62,550 bases of DNA, filler included, from Dimorphilus gyrociliatus (GCA_904063045.1; 3 parts of 3 records of this genome joined end to end with filler, not necessarily neighbours in it); one strand, 5' to 3'. Shown: positions 24,662 through 35,034, counted from the whole stretch's first letter. Notes: generated by a model not told the origin, from the letters alone. Made by a program: numbers and translations.

Positions 24662-26938
24662 ATGGTTTTTAACCTATGTAGGAACTCTAACATCAAGAGT
24701 TCTTGCCTGAACACTATGGCACAAGGTCTGGGCTTTGCCTGGACTTGGGCCCCAAATAAATTTATAAACTTGCACTTCACAGGGATCTTGGATTATACAT
24801 TAAAATGGCTAAAGATCATTGAGAAAAATGGTACACCAAGATTTCGAAATAATCCACTAAAGAAAAAACTTCTTGACATACAAGCACCATCTCTACCTGA
24901 ACTAATGAGGAAGTTAAATTACATGCCCTCTAGTCATATTCCAGAAATTAACCATATCACAGACAGGATATATGACATTATAAAGGGCTCTGAAAAAATT
25001 AATAGAGCCCAGAAGGGTTTTGAAAATCAAGGCCTAATGAAAAACTTCCTCAACAATCATCCTAACATTATCATTAAACCAGCTGATAAAGGAAGAAGGA
25101 TTGTCTTAATGGACAAAGAGGACTATGTCTTTGAAGCCATGACACAGCTCTGTGACAGAACAACCTACAAACAGGTCAGCAATAAAATAAGCTCTACCCA
25201 ATGGACCCGGTTAAATGAAATCCTTAATGAATTGGTTACAATGAAAATTATTACCAAATCTACAGCAACTCTGATGGCTCCACAGAATAGCCCAGGAGAT
25301 AGAAAGTTTTACCTCCTACCTAAAATTCATAAACACAGCTCCCAATGGAGAGTACCATATAGGATCCCCAAGGGGAGACCAGTGGTGAGCTATGTAGGCT
25401 CTGATCTATATAAAATATCTAAATTTGTTGATCACTATCTGGTCAAAATGGCAAAAAGTACCACTAGCTATGTTAAAAACACCCAACATTGCATTGGCAA
25501 ACTATCTATGATACATAATTGGCAAAACAGAGGGATCTTCACAGCAGATGTAGAAGCTCTATACCCAAGCATTAACCCTCAATGGGGCATAAAAGCTGTT
25601 AAAGAGTTCATGTTAACCCACTACCATGAAGGTAGACCTGATGAACTAATCTTGGAACTCCTTTGGATTTGTCTCAACAACAATGATTTCACCTTTGGGA
25701 ACCACAGGTTCCTGCAAATAAAGGGCACAGCTATGGGAGCTCCATTTAGTCCTGCATATGCAAACATAGTGTTACACACCTGGGAACATGAATTGGTCAC
25801 AGATTTTACAGAGGACATTGAGTACTATGGCAGGTACATTGATGATATCATTTTGGTCACTAAACCAGACAGGGACATCATGGAGTTCAAGACAAGACTA
25901 AACAACAGAAATCCAGATATCAAGCTCACTTGGTCCCAGAACCCTAAATCAAGTACTTTTCTGGACTTGGACCTACATATACTAGGGAACTCTCTTTCCT
26001 GGGAAACCCATTTTAAGGCTACTGACTCCAGAATACTGCTACACACCAAATCCAATCATCCACCACACACATTCAGAGGTATCCTAATGAGCCAGCTAAC
26101 TAGATATATGAGAAACTGCAAAGATCCCAAAATGGCTATCTCACAGTTCAAAGATCTCATTAGAATCAATAAAGTCAATGGCTACACCTGGAGAATGGGG
26201 AGGGACACCATTAAAAAATTCAACACCAGAGCTGAAGAAAAAAAGGCACTGAGGTATAAAGTCAATAAATGTTGTAACACTAGATGTGATACTTGCCTCA
26301 GACTGGACTCCAGAGATGAGGTATTTGACCTATACCAGGTCAACTCTTGGAGCTTAACCCAAAGCATTAACTGTAACACCAAGGGTTGTGTCTATATCCT
26401 ACAATGCTCTATGTGTGGGTTAGCATATGTGGGTATGACTACAGATACTATCAAGTGTAGATGGGGTACCCATAATTTGGGCTTCAAAAACAAGATAGAT
26501 AGACCACTATATAACCATATGGCAACACATGATATCAAGAAGTTCAAGATCTACATAGCTGCTGTAGCTCCTAAGGAACTCACAGAGAGCTCAGTAATAG
26601 TTTGGTTAATGAGAAAAGAAACTGAAATCATCAACCATTTGGATACACTGTTCCCACATGGTCTTAATAAACATGAAGGTTTTACCACCAAGGAAATGGT
26701 ACCACTCCTCATACCACAACACAATGGAGCCCAACTAATAGCTGAGAAAGTCAAGAGAACAATCCACCAGCTAGCCCCTAACAGCTCTCACTTCCAAATG
26801 TATAAGTCAATAACTGCCTTTAGGATTCCAACTACTACCAGACACTGGCTTATCAATAAGAAGGTTGATGAGATGATGGAAAAACACATAGAAAAAATTC
26901 TACTCCAGAAAAGCCAAAGTGAACTCCAAGAACTGTAA
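24662..26938 (+). CDS. PLE reverse transcriptase + Cys-rich linker + GIY-YIG endonuclease (758 aa, intact)
   Basis: RT motifs IIKPADKG, FYLLPKIHK, GRPVVS, TADVEALYPSI, GTAMGAPFSPAYANI, RYIDD and FLDL. Linker CCNTRCDTC. Endonuclease motifs CVYILQCSMC..YVGMT..R..H, KETEII and HGLN. Confidence 0.95.
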   Translation: MVFNLCRNSNIKSSCLNTMAQGLGFAWTWAPNKFINLHFTGILDYTLKWLKIIEKNGTPRFRNNPLKKKLLDIQAPSLPELMRKLNYMPSSHIPEINHITDRIYDIIKGSEKINRAQKGFENQGLMKNFLNNHPNIIIKPADKGRRIVLMDKEDYVFEAMTQLCDRTTYKQVSNKISSTQWTRLNEILNELVTMKIITKSTATLMAPQNSPGDRKFYLLPKIHKHSSQWRVPYRIPKGRPVVSYVGSDLYKISKFVDHYLVKMAKSTTSYVKNTQHCIGKLSMIHNWQNRGIFTADVEALYPSINPQWGIKAVKEFMLTHYHEGRPDELILELLWICLNNNDFTFGNHRFLQIKGTAMGAPFSPAYANIVLHTWEHELVTDFTEDIEYYGRYIDDIILVTKPDRDIMEFKTRLNNRNPDIKLTWSQNPKSSTFLDLDLHILGNSLSWETHFKATDSRILLHTKSNHPPHTFRGILMSQLTRYMRNCKDPKMAISQFKDLIRINKVNGYTWRMGRDTIKKFNTRAEEKKALRYKVNKCCNTRCDTCLRLDSRDEVFDLYQVNSWSLTQSINCNTKGCVYILQCSMCGLAYVGMTTDTIKCRWGTHNLGFKNKIDRPLYNHMATHDIKKFKIYIAAVAPKELTESSVIVWLMRKETEIINHLDTLFPHGLNKHEGFTTKEMVPLLIPQHNGAQLIAEKVKRTIHQLAPNSSHFQMYKSITAFRIPTTTRHWLINKKVDEMMEKHIEKILLQKSQSELQEL

Positions 26939-26939
26939 T

Positions 26940-27180
26940 GAATTTCAGCAGCTACAACAAGCTCTACAAGCTACAATGAACTCCAAAAGCTACAGTTAGC
27001 TACAATAAGGTCCAAGAGCTCCAAGGAGCTACAGTAGCTCAGTTGAGCTCCAATACCACAGGAGACCTTGAAGAGCTCAGTAGAGCTCCAAGAACTCAGT
27101 AGAGCTCCAAGAGCTCTAAGAGCTCAGTAGAGCTCCAAGAACTCAATAGAGCTCCAAGAGCTCAAGTGAGCTTCAACAGT
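26940..27180 (+). repeat. GAGCTC-rich tandem repeat spacer between ORF2 and ORF3
   Basis: About 10 GAGCTC palindromes in short imperfect units such as AGAACTCAGTAGAGCTCCA. Also present in the second copy at ~44560-44790. Confidence 0.8.
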
Positions 27181-27295
27181 TCCCACAACTTAGTACTCAA
27201 CACCTCTGACAGTACTCAACTATACCACTATATATACTGGTGCAGAACCTCAGTCATCCTCTTCACTTGACAGTGTTAACAAGTACTTCCTAAAG

Positions 27296-28501
27296 ATGCC
27301 AGCTTCTAGATGTATGACAAATAAGTGCAAACTTTGCCCAGCCCTAATACAGGGAGGGTCCTGGAGCTCCAGAGATGGCCGTATTACTAAAAAGATTGAG
27401 GGAGACCTCAATTGTAATTCAGACCACTTGTTCTTCATTGCTGATTGCAAAAAGTGCAACTGGGCTATGGCTAGTTTCACCATATCTCCACTACATAGAA
27501 TGTATGGATTTTCATTAAAAAAATCAAAAACAAGCAAAGACAATGTTGGAGCTCTGGCTCTTCATATGAGGACCTGCAACACTACCAACATAAGAATCCT
27601 TCCTATCATGGTCCAACCAGAGACAGAACACTTCCATGTCAAGAAAGTGAGTACATTGTTGCAATTACTATATAATGCTGACTGGGTAGAAATAGCTAAG
27701 TTTAAGAAAAGTAACCCAGACATTAGAGGGACAAGCCCGAATGAGTTCCCTTGTGGTATCAGACCAACAATAGTTAGTATCCAAGGGGTTACCCTGGAGC
27801 TCTTGGAGAATTTTAATACACCCCTGCCTAAGGAGTTAGCTCATGAGCAATATGAGAACTCAGTTCTCTGTAACAATAAATACTCTTATGTGGGTCTGAG
27901 TAGACCCACATTGAATAACCTACGAAAAGATAATTTTGACCTTAGAAACAAAGTGGTAGAGCTAGAAAGTACAATTAAAGCAAACTCCAGTAAGCTGGAG
28001 GAAGCTAGTAATAAATTACAGGAAGCTAATAATAAATTAGAGGAAGCTAATAAGAGAAACAGAGAGCTCCTACTGGAACTAGAGAAAACTGAACAAAGAA
28101 CTCCAAATAGCAATGAATGGGACTGGTCAAAAGCTCTTCCTATTAAGGGAAGGGGCTTCATCAAGTTCTTCCCACTTCCAGAACAAGATACTGTGGAAAA
28201 ATTCAAAATAGAGCCAGTGACAATTAACCTTGAGGATCTTGACTCCAACTCTACACCAGGAACTCAACAAACTATAGACAGAGGAGCTCAACAAACTCCA
28301 GACAAAGAAATGGTCCCTACCAAGGAACAGACTGAGGAAGAAGAAGATGATGACAACTATGATGATATGGAAGATGGTGAGTATCAATATGAAAGTACTC
28401 CAAAAGAGAATAGCAATATTGGAATACAACAAAGACTCCTAATCAAAAGATCAGGTGATGAATTTGAAGTAGTACCTTCAAAGAAACAAAGAAAAATGTA
28501 G
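27296..28501 (+). CDS. PLE ORF3: degenerate Zn-linker/GIY-YIG-like domain, coiled coil, acidic tract, basic C-terminus (401 aa)
   Basis: N-terminus aligns by eye with the ORF2 endonuclease (RCMTNKCKLC ~ KCCNTRCDTC; LNCNSDHLFFIADCKKC ~ INCNTKGCVYILQCSMC; LALHM ~ LYNHM). Heptads KLEEASNKLQEANNKLEEAN, then EEEEDDDNYDDMED and PSKKQRKM. Confidence 0.8.
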   Translation: MPASRCMTNKCKLCPALIQGGSWSSRDGRITKKIEGDLNCNSDHLFFIADCKKCNWAMASFTISPLHRMYGFSLKKSKTSKDNVGALALHMRTCNTTNIRILPIMVQPETEHFHVKKVSTLLQLLYNADWVEIAKFKKSNPDIRGTSPNEFPCGIRPTIVSIQGVTLELLENFNTPLPKELAHEQYENSVLCNNKYSYVGLSRPTLNNLRKDNFDLRNKVVELESTIKANSSKLEEASNKLQEANNKLEEANKRNRELLLELEKTEQRTPNSNEWDWSKALPIKGRGFIKFFPLPEQDTVEKFKIEPVTINLEDLDSNSTPGTQQTIDRGAQQTPDKEMVPTKEQTEEEEDDDNYDDMEDGEYQYESTPKENSNIGIQQRLLIKRSGDEFEVVPSKKQRKM

Positions 28502-28604
28502 TTAGGTGGCGCTAGTGCAAGGGCAGCCATCTTGTTTTCATGTTTTATATATAAATTTTTTTTGTGGTGATGGTATAAATACTTATGTTTGTGTTCAGTT
28601 TAAC

Positions 28605-28649
28605 TTACAACCTGATGAAGCCTCAAGTAGAGGCGAAATATTGTTGTAA
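28605..28649 (+). ncRNA. Minimal type I hammerhead ribozyme in the 3' pLTR
   Basis: Stem I TTACAAC/GTTGTAA, core CTGATGA(A), stem II GCCTC-AAGTA-GAGGC, GAAA, palindromic AATATT in place of stem III. Predicted cleavage after 28642. Confidence 0.85.
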
Positions 28650-29000
28650 TATGTTTTAAAGTTTAAAATAAAAAGTTGATGAAAAAGAAAAAATTTAATT
28701 GTTATTGAATAAGACTAAGAGTTTGACAGAGCACTGAAGCACCAAGGAGCTCAGACATAGAGAACTCCTACCTATTGGAAAATTGGTAGAACCCTGGAAC
28801 ACCAACTAACCAGTTCCCAAAACCTGACTAAGACTGGGAGCCCAGATCTATAATCCTGACCAAGGAGAACCCCTACCTAACATTGAGTAAAAGTTAGGTA
28901 TTACACTGGAACACTAGCTAACCAGTTCCCAAAAACATTACCAGAGTTGTGTGAGTGGCCTAACCCATAACCCTTACCAAACCCTAACCCTAACCCTAAC

Positions 29001-29390
29001 CAGTTTAACTTACAACCTGATGAAGCCTCAAGTAGAGGCGAAATATTGTTGTAATATGTTTTAAAGTTTAAAATAAAAAGTTGATGAAAAAGAAAAAATT
29101 TAATTGTTATTGAATAAGACTAAGAGTTTGACAGAGCACTGAAGCACCAAGGAGCTCAGACATAGAGAACTCCTACCTATTGGAAAATTGGTAGAACCCT
29201 GGAACACCAACTAACCAGTTCCCAAAACCTGACTAAGACTGGGAGCCCAGATCTATAATCCTGACCAAGGAGAACCCCTACCTAACATTGAGTAAAAGTT
29301 AGGTATTACACTGGAACACTAGCTAACCAGTTCCCAAAAACATTACCAGAGTTGTGTGAGTGGCCTAACCCATAACCCTTACCAAACCCT
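29001..29390 (+). mobile_element. Additional pLTR unit of the same PLE, flanked by short telomeric tracts
   Basis: Copy of 28596-28980, preceded by about 3 CCCTAA units (28981-29000) and followed by CCTAA/CCCTAA to 29410. Confidence 0.9.
29010..29054 (+). ncRNA. Minimal hammerhead ribozyme, second copy
   Basis: Same sequence as 28605-28649. Confidence 0.85.
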
Positions 29391-29410
29391 AACCTAACCC
29401 TAACCCTAAC

Positions 29411-29657
29411 ACCTCACCCAAAGGGGATAGGTCCATTTCATATTATATACTTGCTCCTAACCCTTGAAAGAATACCCCACCTACTAAAGACACTAAAACC
29501 AAAATCATAAGTTAGACAAAAGGAAAAACTGGAACTCACCTTCCCCCAACAAGACAGGTCAACCAGTTCCTACAAAATACAATCATCAAAATCTGATCCA
29601 GGAGTGTTTTGTGAGTGGCCCCAATCCTAACCAAACCTAAACCCTAAACCCTAACCC
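29411..29657 (+). mobile_element. 5'-truncated pLTR of a related PLE family with telomere-like 3' tail
   Basis: Different sequence, but shares CTGGAAC..CCAGTTCC and GTGAGTGGCC with the main pLTR. Ends AATCCTAACCAAACCTAAACCCTAAACCCTAACCC. Confidence 0.65.
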
Positions 29658-29700
29658 TTTTGGCAAGAATATTTAACTTGTATTGACAAAATTCAAAAAT

Positions 29701-30760
29701 TTAATAAACATATTGATTTTTCAACTTTGGTTTAATTAAATCATCAAACGGCAACAAAATACATGAAATTCCATGTCTTTCTTCCAATTTACCCACCAAT
29801 TTTTCATTATTAATCTGCACACTCACTCTTCCCATTTCACTAACGTTACCTTCCTCAATCGTAACTTTTTTCTGGCCAACGTCACCGAGGATGCCGCAGA
29901 ATCGATCGTCATCATTCAGTATCTTCTCCTCCAAGTTCTCAAAATTCACATCAAAGTGCCAAATGCCAAAGTTATTTTTCGATTTTTTAACATAGATAGT
30001 CAATTCGGCATTTTTATTTTCATTCTTTGTCTCAATTCTCATTTCGTCATTGCTTATCGTAATGAGAAAATCGGAAAAAATCATTTTACCATTTTTCATC
30101 CATCTATACTCTTGATCTTCGTAGATAATACTCTGTTTATCGACAATCATTGTACCCGAATGATGTACAATTCGAACCTCGTGAATGTAATAATCATCGA
30201 GAAGGATTCCTTCAACTTTTACGCCGAGTAAACGATCTTCCAGAATGAAAATTGATTGCCGACTTTCGCCCGAAACATCATAACAAATTTTTGTCGCCTC
30301 CTTCGTTTTCGAATCGTAGACGGTTTGAATAAAGTGATATTTGTCCGAATGGAAAAGGAATCCTTGAACATTTTGAAAGTACAAAAGTACTTTGAACGTC
30401 CTTCGTATCAATCTCGTTGTAAGGTTTCGTTGGTTCTTTTTTTGTTTTTGATAAAAATAACAACATTAGATAAGACAATACGAAAATGAGAATGTTTTCC
30501 TTACTGGAGGTGATAAGAAACAGCAGCTTGAAATGTTCCGGTTCAACAGCAACTGTCGTTAATTCACTACCGACTGAGCCGGAAAGGATTGGTGGCAAAA
30601 ATCTCCATTGTACTAGATTATGATCTTGATCATATACGGAAAGCCAACATCCCATTGAACCTTGATTATCTAGAGTTCTCGTATGAATTTTTGTTTCGGG
30701 ATTAAGCTGGATATGATGAAAAATTCTGCAGTAAGCAGGAGGAGATACTAAAATAAACAT
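29701..30760 (-). CDS. Gene with an inter-alpha-trypsin-inhibitor heavy-chain C-terminal-like domain (multi-exon or frameshifted)
   Basis: ORF 29701-30411 has HFIQ..ICYDVSGE..ILED..VKVEG, HFDV and GILG motifs. The upstream portion lies in ORF 30278-30760. Confidence 0.55.
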
Positions 30761-30911
30761 AATCGATGTTAAAAACCAGAGTTAACTGTTAAGAAATGAA
30801 ATGAAAGAGGAAAGATAAATATACCGAAAGGACAAAAATTCCACAACGTTGGATTATCAATTTCTGATTGGAAAAAAAGAAAATTCAATTAATTTTTGTT
30901 ATAAAAATTTA

Positions 30912-31601
30912 CTAGAAAAAGACAATAGGATGATGATACGTACTACTGGCACAATCGTACTTTCCTTTGGTGTATAGTGAACCTGCAAAGAAGGACCCCG
31001 GACTTCTCGGAGTGGATAATTGACCACATTTATTAATTGCTGGAGAATTCGGTGATGAATTTGGTAAATTCCACTCTGGAGCTACGTCATCGAAAAAGTA
31101 GGGCATTTGTGAACATTTCGAGTAGACGAATGTATCGATGATATTATTCTGAGAAAGTTCGTCATATTGCTCCTCATTCAATTCAGCTGTTTGTGTAAAT
31201 ATTGTCAGTTACAATCATAATTATTAAAGAAATGCAGTCTGTACAAAACATAGAAATTACTTTTTATTACCTGAAGTTAATACGAATAGCAACTGGAGAT
31301 GAGAATCAGAATCAGGAATATTCAGAGTTTCAATAATGTAACTATTTTTTTCCGTCAACAATAATGACGTAACCAAGTTATGATTCTGATCAAAGACATA
31401 TAACCAAGTAGTCTCTCTTCCAATAGCATTTGGAGGTGAAGCTTCAATCGTTAACGTCTGTGCAGTTTTGTAAAAATTGAGGAAAAGCGGATGTTCTCGC
31501 TGACACGCAATCAACTGGAAGCTGAAGCTGAAGACAAGAAGGAAGCAGGCTAAGCGACAGTTTCTCATATTCAATAGACAGGAATTGAATACGGAAGTCA
31601 C
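30912..31601 (-). CDS. Secreted protein paralogous to the N-terminal part of the adjacent gene
   Basis: WLYVFDQNHNLV ~ WLSVYDQDHNLV, LQLLFVLTSG ~ FKLLFLITSS and TFVYSKCSQMPY ~ TFVLSKCSRIPF. Hydrophobic signal-like start. Confidence 0.45.
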
Positions 31602-32023
31602 TCTACTTCGTTGTATTTTATACTAATGAATATAGGCCGAAAAACATAAAAACCGTTAATAGGACTCGTTACATTTGCGTTGTCGCAAAAATCTAGAACA
31701 CAGAAAAACAATAAAGAAACAATTAGTTTTGCTATTTGAATAACAAAGCAACTCAAATATAAGTTCGTGTGAACGTTCAAGTATCTCATTTTAGTTCATT
31801 AATTTTTACTGCCAGACTGGTTTGATAACTAGAGCAACTGGATTATTTCGGTACAGTAAAAACATGTTGACGGCTAGAAAAATACACGAAATTTATCTGT
31901 CTTTTATCCATTTTACAAATGTAGGCTTAGGTGAATTATTTACTGCAAAAGCAATATGATAGAGTTGTAACCCTTTGAATTATTAACTCAAAGTCTATTG
32001 CTCGTAATAGTCGTTTCTACTAT

Positions 32024-33027
32024 ATGAAATATATGCAATTGCTTTGTTGTTCTTCCTCTCTGTAACAATACTGTTTCTATTAACGTAACGTTTCGCAGGC
32101 TTCTACTAGTTGACGATTTATCAACCGCAACATTTCACGATTTTGACCTAGATGTTGTAAATGAAAATGGTCGTAAGCCTTTATTAGATGGTTTTATTGA
32201 TTCTGAACAACACGATAATACGGCGATCGTAAGCCTTACAACAATTCTCAGCAACGACTCGCCAAAGACGATTACATTGAGAGTAGATTGGCAAAATCAG
32301 GGGGATAATCAAGTTTACGTTGAAGATCTTGAATTTACAATCGTACCAGCAGCGACTACAGGCGGCGATCCCCATTTCGTGCAGAGATAATTACCGACCA
32401 ATTAAACAACCGTCTCTATTCAATTTGTTACGACGTTCAAGGCGAAAGCGGGCAGATTATTCGTATATTTACAGACTCAAAGTCGCAATTAAAGGTTGAA
32501 GGAGAGTTGAAAGATGACTATTGCATGCATAAAATCTATATCAAATTTCGCAACGTTCGCTTCGAAATTACCACAAAGAGAATATGGAACAATCTGATGA
32601 AAATGTTTGATTGGGATTACGTCAATTATAGAATGTGGACAGAATGGCGAGGATTTCTCGTTCGACGAGACAACAATTACCTGCAAATAGGAGACAAAAG
32701 TTACGGTATTGAACTGTCAATTGCCGTCTATAGGAGAACTCAACAAACTGGCGCCGTATATTTGGACGTTTCGATTATTGGATTAAAAAGCGACTTATAC
32801 AGGACAAGATGGTTTAATTGGTCGAATTGGAAATAATCAATATTATATTTACCGTCCAGTTCAAGAGGGTGATTTGAATTCTAGAAAAAGAATTGATATA
32901 AATGGAATAGATGTGTAATGGTCGCTTGGATAAACGCTCCGGTCGAGATTGTATTTTAATCGACGTAAGAGATGCACTATATCCTTACGACGAATTGTTT
33001 TATTTTCAATTGGAAGAGCTTAATTAG
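32024..33027 (+). pseudogene. ITIH C-terminal-like secreted protein gene with several frameshifts (pseudogene or assembly indels)
   Basis: GGDPHFVQ..ICYDVQGESG..LKVEGELKDDY, YLDV and GLIGRIG. Homologous to 29701-30411, with AATAAA at 33071. Confidence 0.6.
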
Positions 33028-33884
33028 AAATCAAAACATATCTATAATCTATATCTATATTATACAATCAAATAAACAGTGTAATAAGATCTTAAAATTC
33101 TGGCAGTGATTATTTGTCAGTTTTTTCGCCTAGAGACAATTTTCTCGAAACAGCTAGTCAAACGACGCCCTAGTGACGTTGAGTTGTTTTCATACATTTA
33201 CCAATTCAGAGTCGCTGTCGAAAGTGTTCTTCTTAATCGACGCGAAATGAACATCGTCAAATGCTATTAATTTAAGATAATAAATTAAAAAACAAAAGAA
33301 ACTAGCGATCGGCGTTTTTGTAAATATTCGATTGCAGGCAGGAGGAGAAGGATAGAATAGTCTGTAGTTTGATTCTTGTATCAATCAACTAGTGAACCTC
33401 TTGCAGATATAATGTTCTGCCGTTGTGAAGCACTGTTCAAGTTATTTTTCAACTTATTTTCAAAAAGGAAAGGGCTTAGAAAAATGTCTAAAGAGTTCAA
33501 TTAAACGATGAAAACATGAATGAGGAGACAGGGAAAATGATTAGGATGGGAATTGAAGGTGATACATTATATTAACAGAATTAGGTGTGTTCAGTATGCT
33601 AATTGTGTAGAATAGGTGAATAACGTCTCTTTAATTGCCACTTTTGAATTAGGTGATTTTTTTTACATCGGCAAGAATATAGGTGAATAACAAGAGTGGA
33701 AAAAAACTAGGTCAATTGGCGAGTTAAAAATAATAATTAAAAAAAATAAGAAAAAAGTAACGTTTAAACTGAAAATTGGATAGGTAGATAGCTGAACAAC
33801 ATTAAAGAATATTGAAATTGAATAAAAGTACTCTTGAACGTCGAGAAAATCAAAAACAACAAGAAATATTGAAAAGAGTTTTGG

Positions 33885-34596
33885 NNNNNNNNNNNNNNNN
33901 NNNNNNNNNNNNNNNNNNNNNNNNNNNNNNNNNNNNNNNNNNNNNNNNNNNNNNNNNNNNNNNNNNNNNNNNNNNNNNNNNNNNNNNNNNNNNNNNNNNN
34001 NNNNNNNNNNNNNNNNNNNNNNNNNNNNNNNNNNNNNNNNNNNNNNNNNNNNNNNNNNNNNNNNNNNNNNNNNNNNNNNNNNNNNNNNNNNNNNNNNNNN
34101 NNNNNNNNNNNNNNNNNNNNNNNNNNNNNNNNNNNNNNNNNNNNNNNNNNNNNNNNNNNNNNNNNNNNNNNNNNNNNNNNNNNNNNNNNNNNNNNNNNNN
34201 NNNNNNNNNNNNNNNNNNNNNNNNNNNNNNNNNNNNNNNNNNNNNNNNNNNNNNNNNNNNNNNNNNNNNNNNNNNNNNNNNNNNNNNNNNNNNNNNNNNN
34301 NNNNNNNNNNNNNNNNNNNNNNNNNNNNNNNNNNNNNNNNNNNNNNNNNNNNNNNNNNNNNNNNNNNNNNNNNNNNNNNNNNNNNNNNNNNNNNNNNNNN
34401 NNNNNNNNNNNNNNNNNNNNNNNNNNNNNNNNNNNNNNNNNNNNNNNNNNNNNNNNNNNNNNNNNNNNNNNNNNNNNNNNNNNNNNNNNNNNNNNNNNNN
34501 NNNNNNNNNNNNNNNNNNNNNNNNNNNNNNNNNNNNNNNNNNNNNNNNNNNNNNNNNNNNNNNNNNNNNNNNNNNNNNNNNNNNNNNNNNNNNNNN
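33885..34596. other. Scaffold gap (712 N)
   Basis: N run without the TTAATTAATTAA linker. Confidence 0.95.
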
Positions 34597-35034
34597 TTCT
34601 TTATTTGTGAGCTTTATGAAATATTCGTCAGGGTTAAACTAACTCTGTTATTAATAATCATAAAGCTTTCAAAGTTGGTATAGATTAATATTAGTGGGCC
34701 TATTATAAATCTTTTTACAGAATCCAAATATCTCTTTTAGCTCAAAAGTTATGGCAACTTTATATTTTAATTGATACTTTGTATATAGACCTACAAAAAA
34801 CATTTGTCGTCTGAAATCTAACTTTGTTATTACTTAACTTAGAGCTTTGAAACTTGGTATATTGACTATTTTTGGTTTGCCAATCTCAATCTGCTTACAG
34901 AATCCAAATATCAGTTACTATTAGAAGTTAAGGTGTTTTACATTTTGCTATTATAAGGAATTAGAAACAATTCCAACAGAGTGTTTATGTAGAAAATTTT
35001 CTACTACCAGAATGGAAAGTCATTTAAAATAGCC
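34597..35034. repeat. ~440-bp inverted repeat arm (partner at 41954-42398)
   Basis: Near reverse complement of 41954-42398. Internal subrepeats contain GAGCTTTGAAACTTGGTATA and TTACAGAATCCAAATATC. Confidence 0.85.

Larger units (their letters stand above)
23452..28987 (+). mobile_element. Full-length Penelope-like retroelement (endonuclease-positive, three ORFs, pLTR at both ends), telomere-capped
   Basis: The 5' pLTR (23452-23787) repeats at 28655-28987. Internal ORF1, RT-GIY-YIG ORF2 and ORF3. No TSD seen. Confidence 0.92.
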
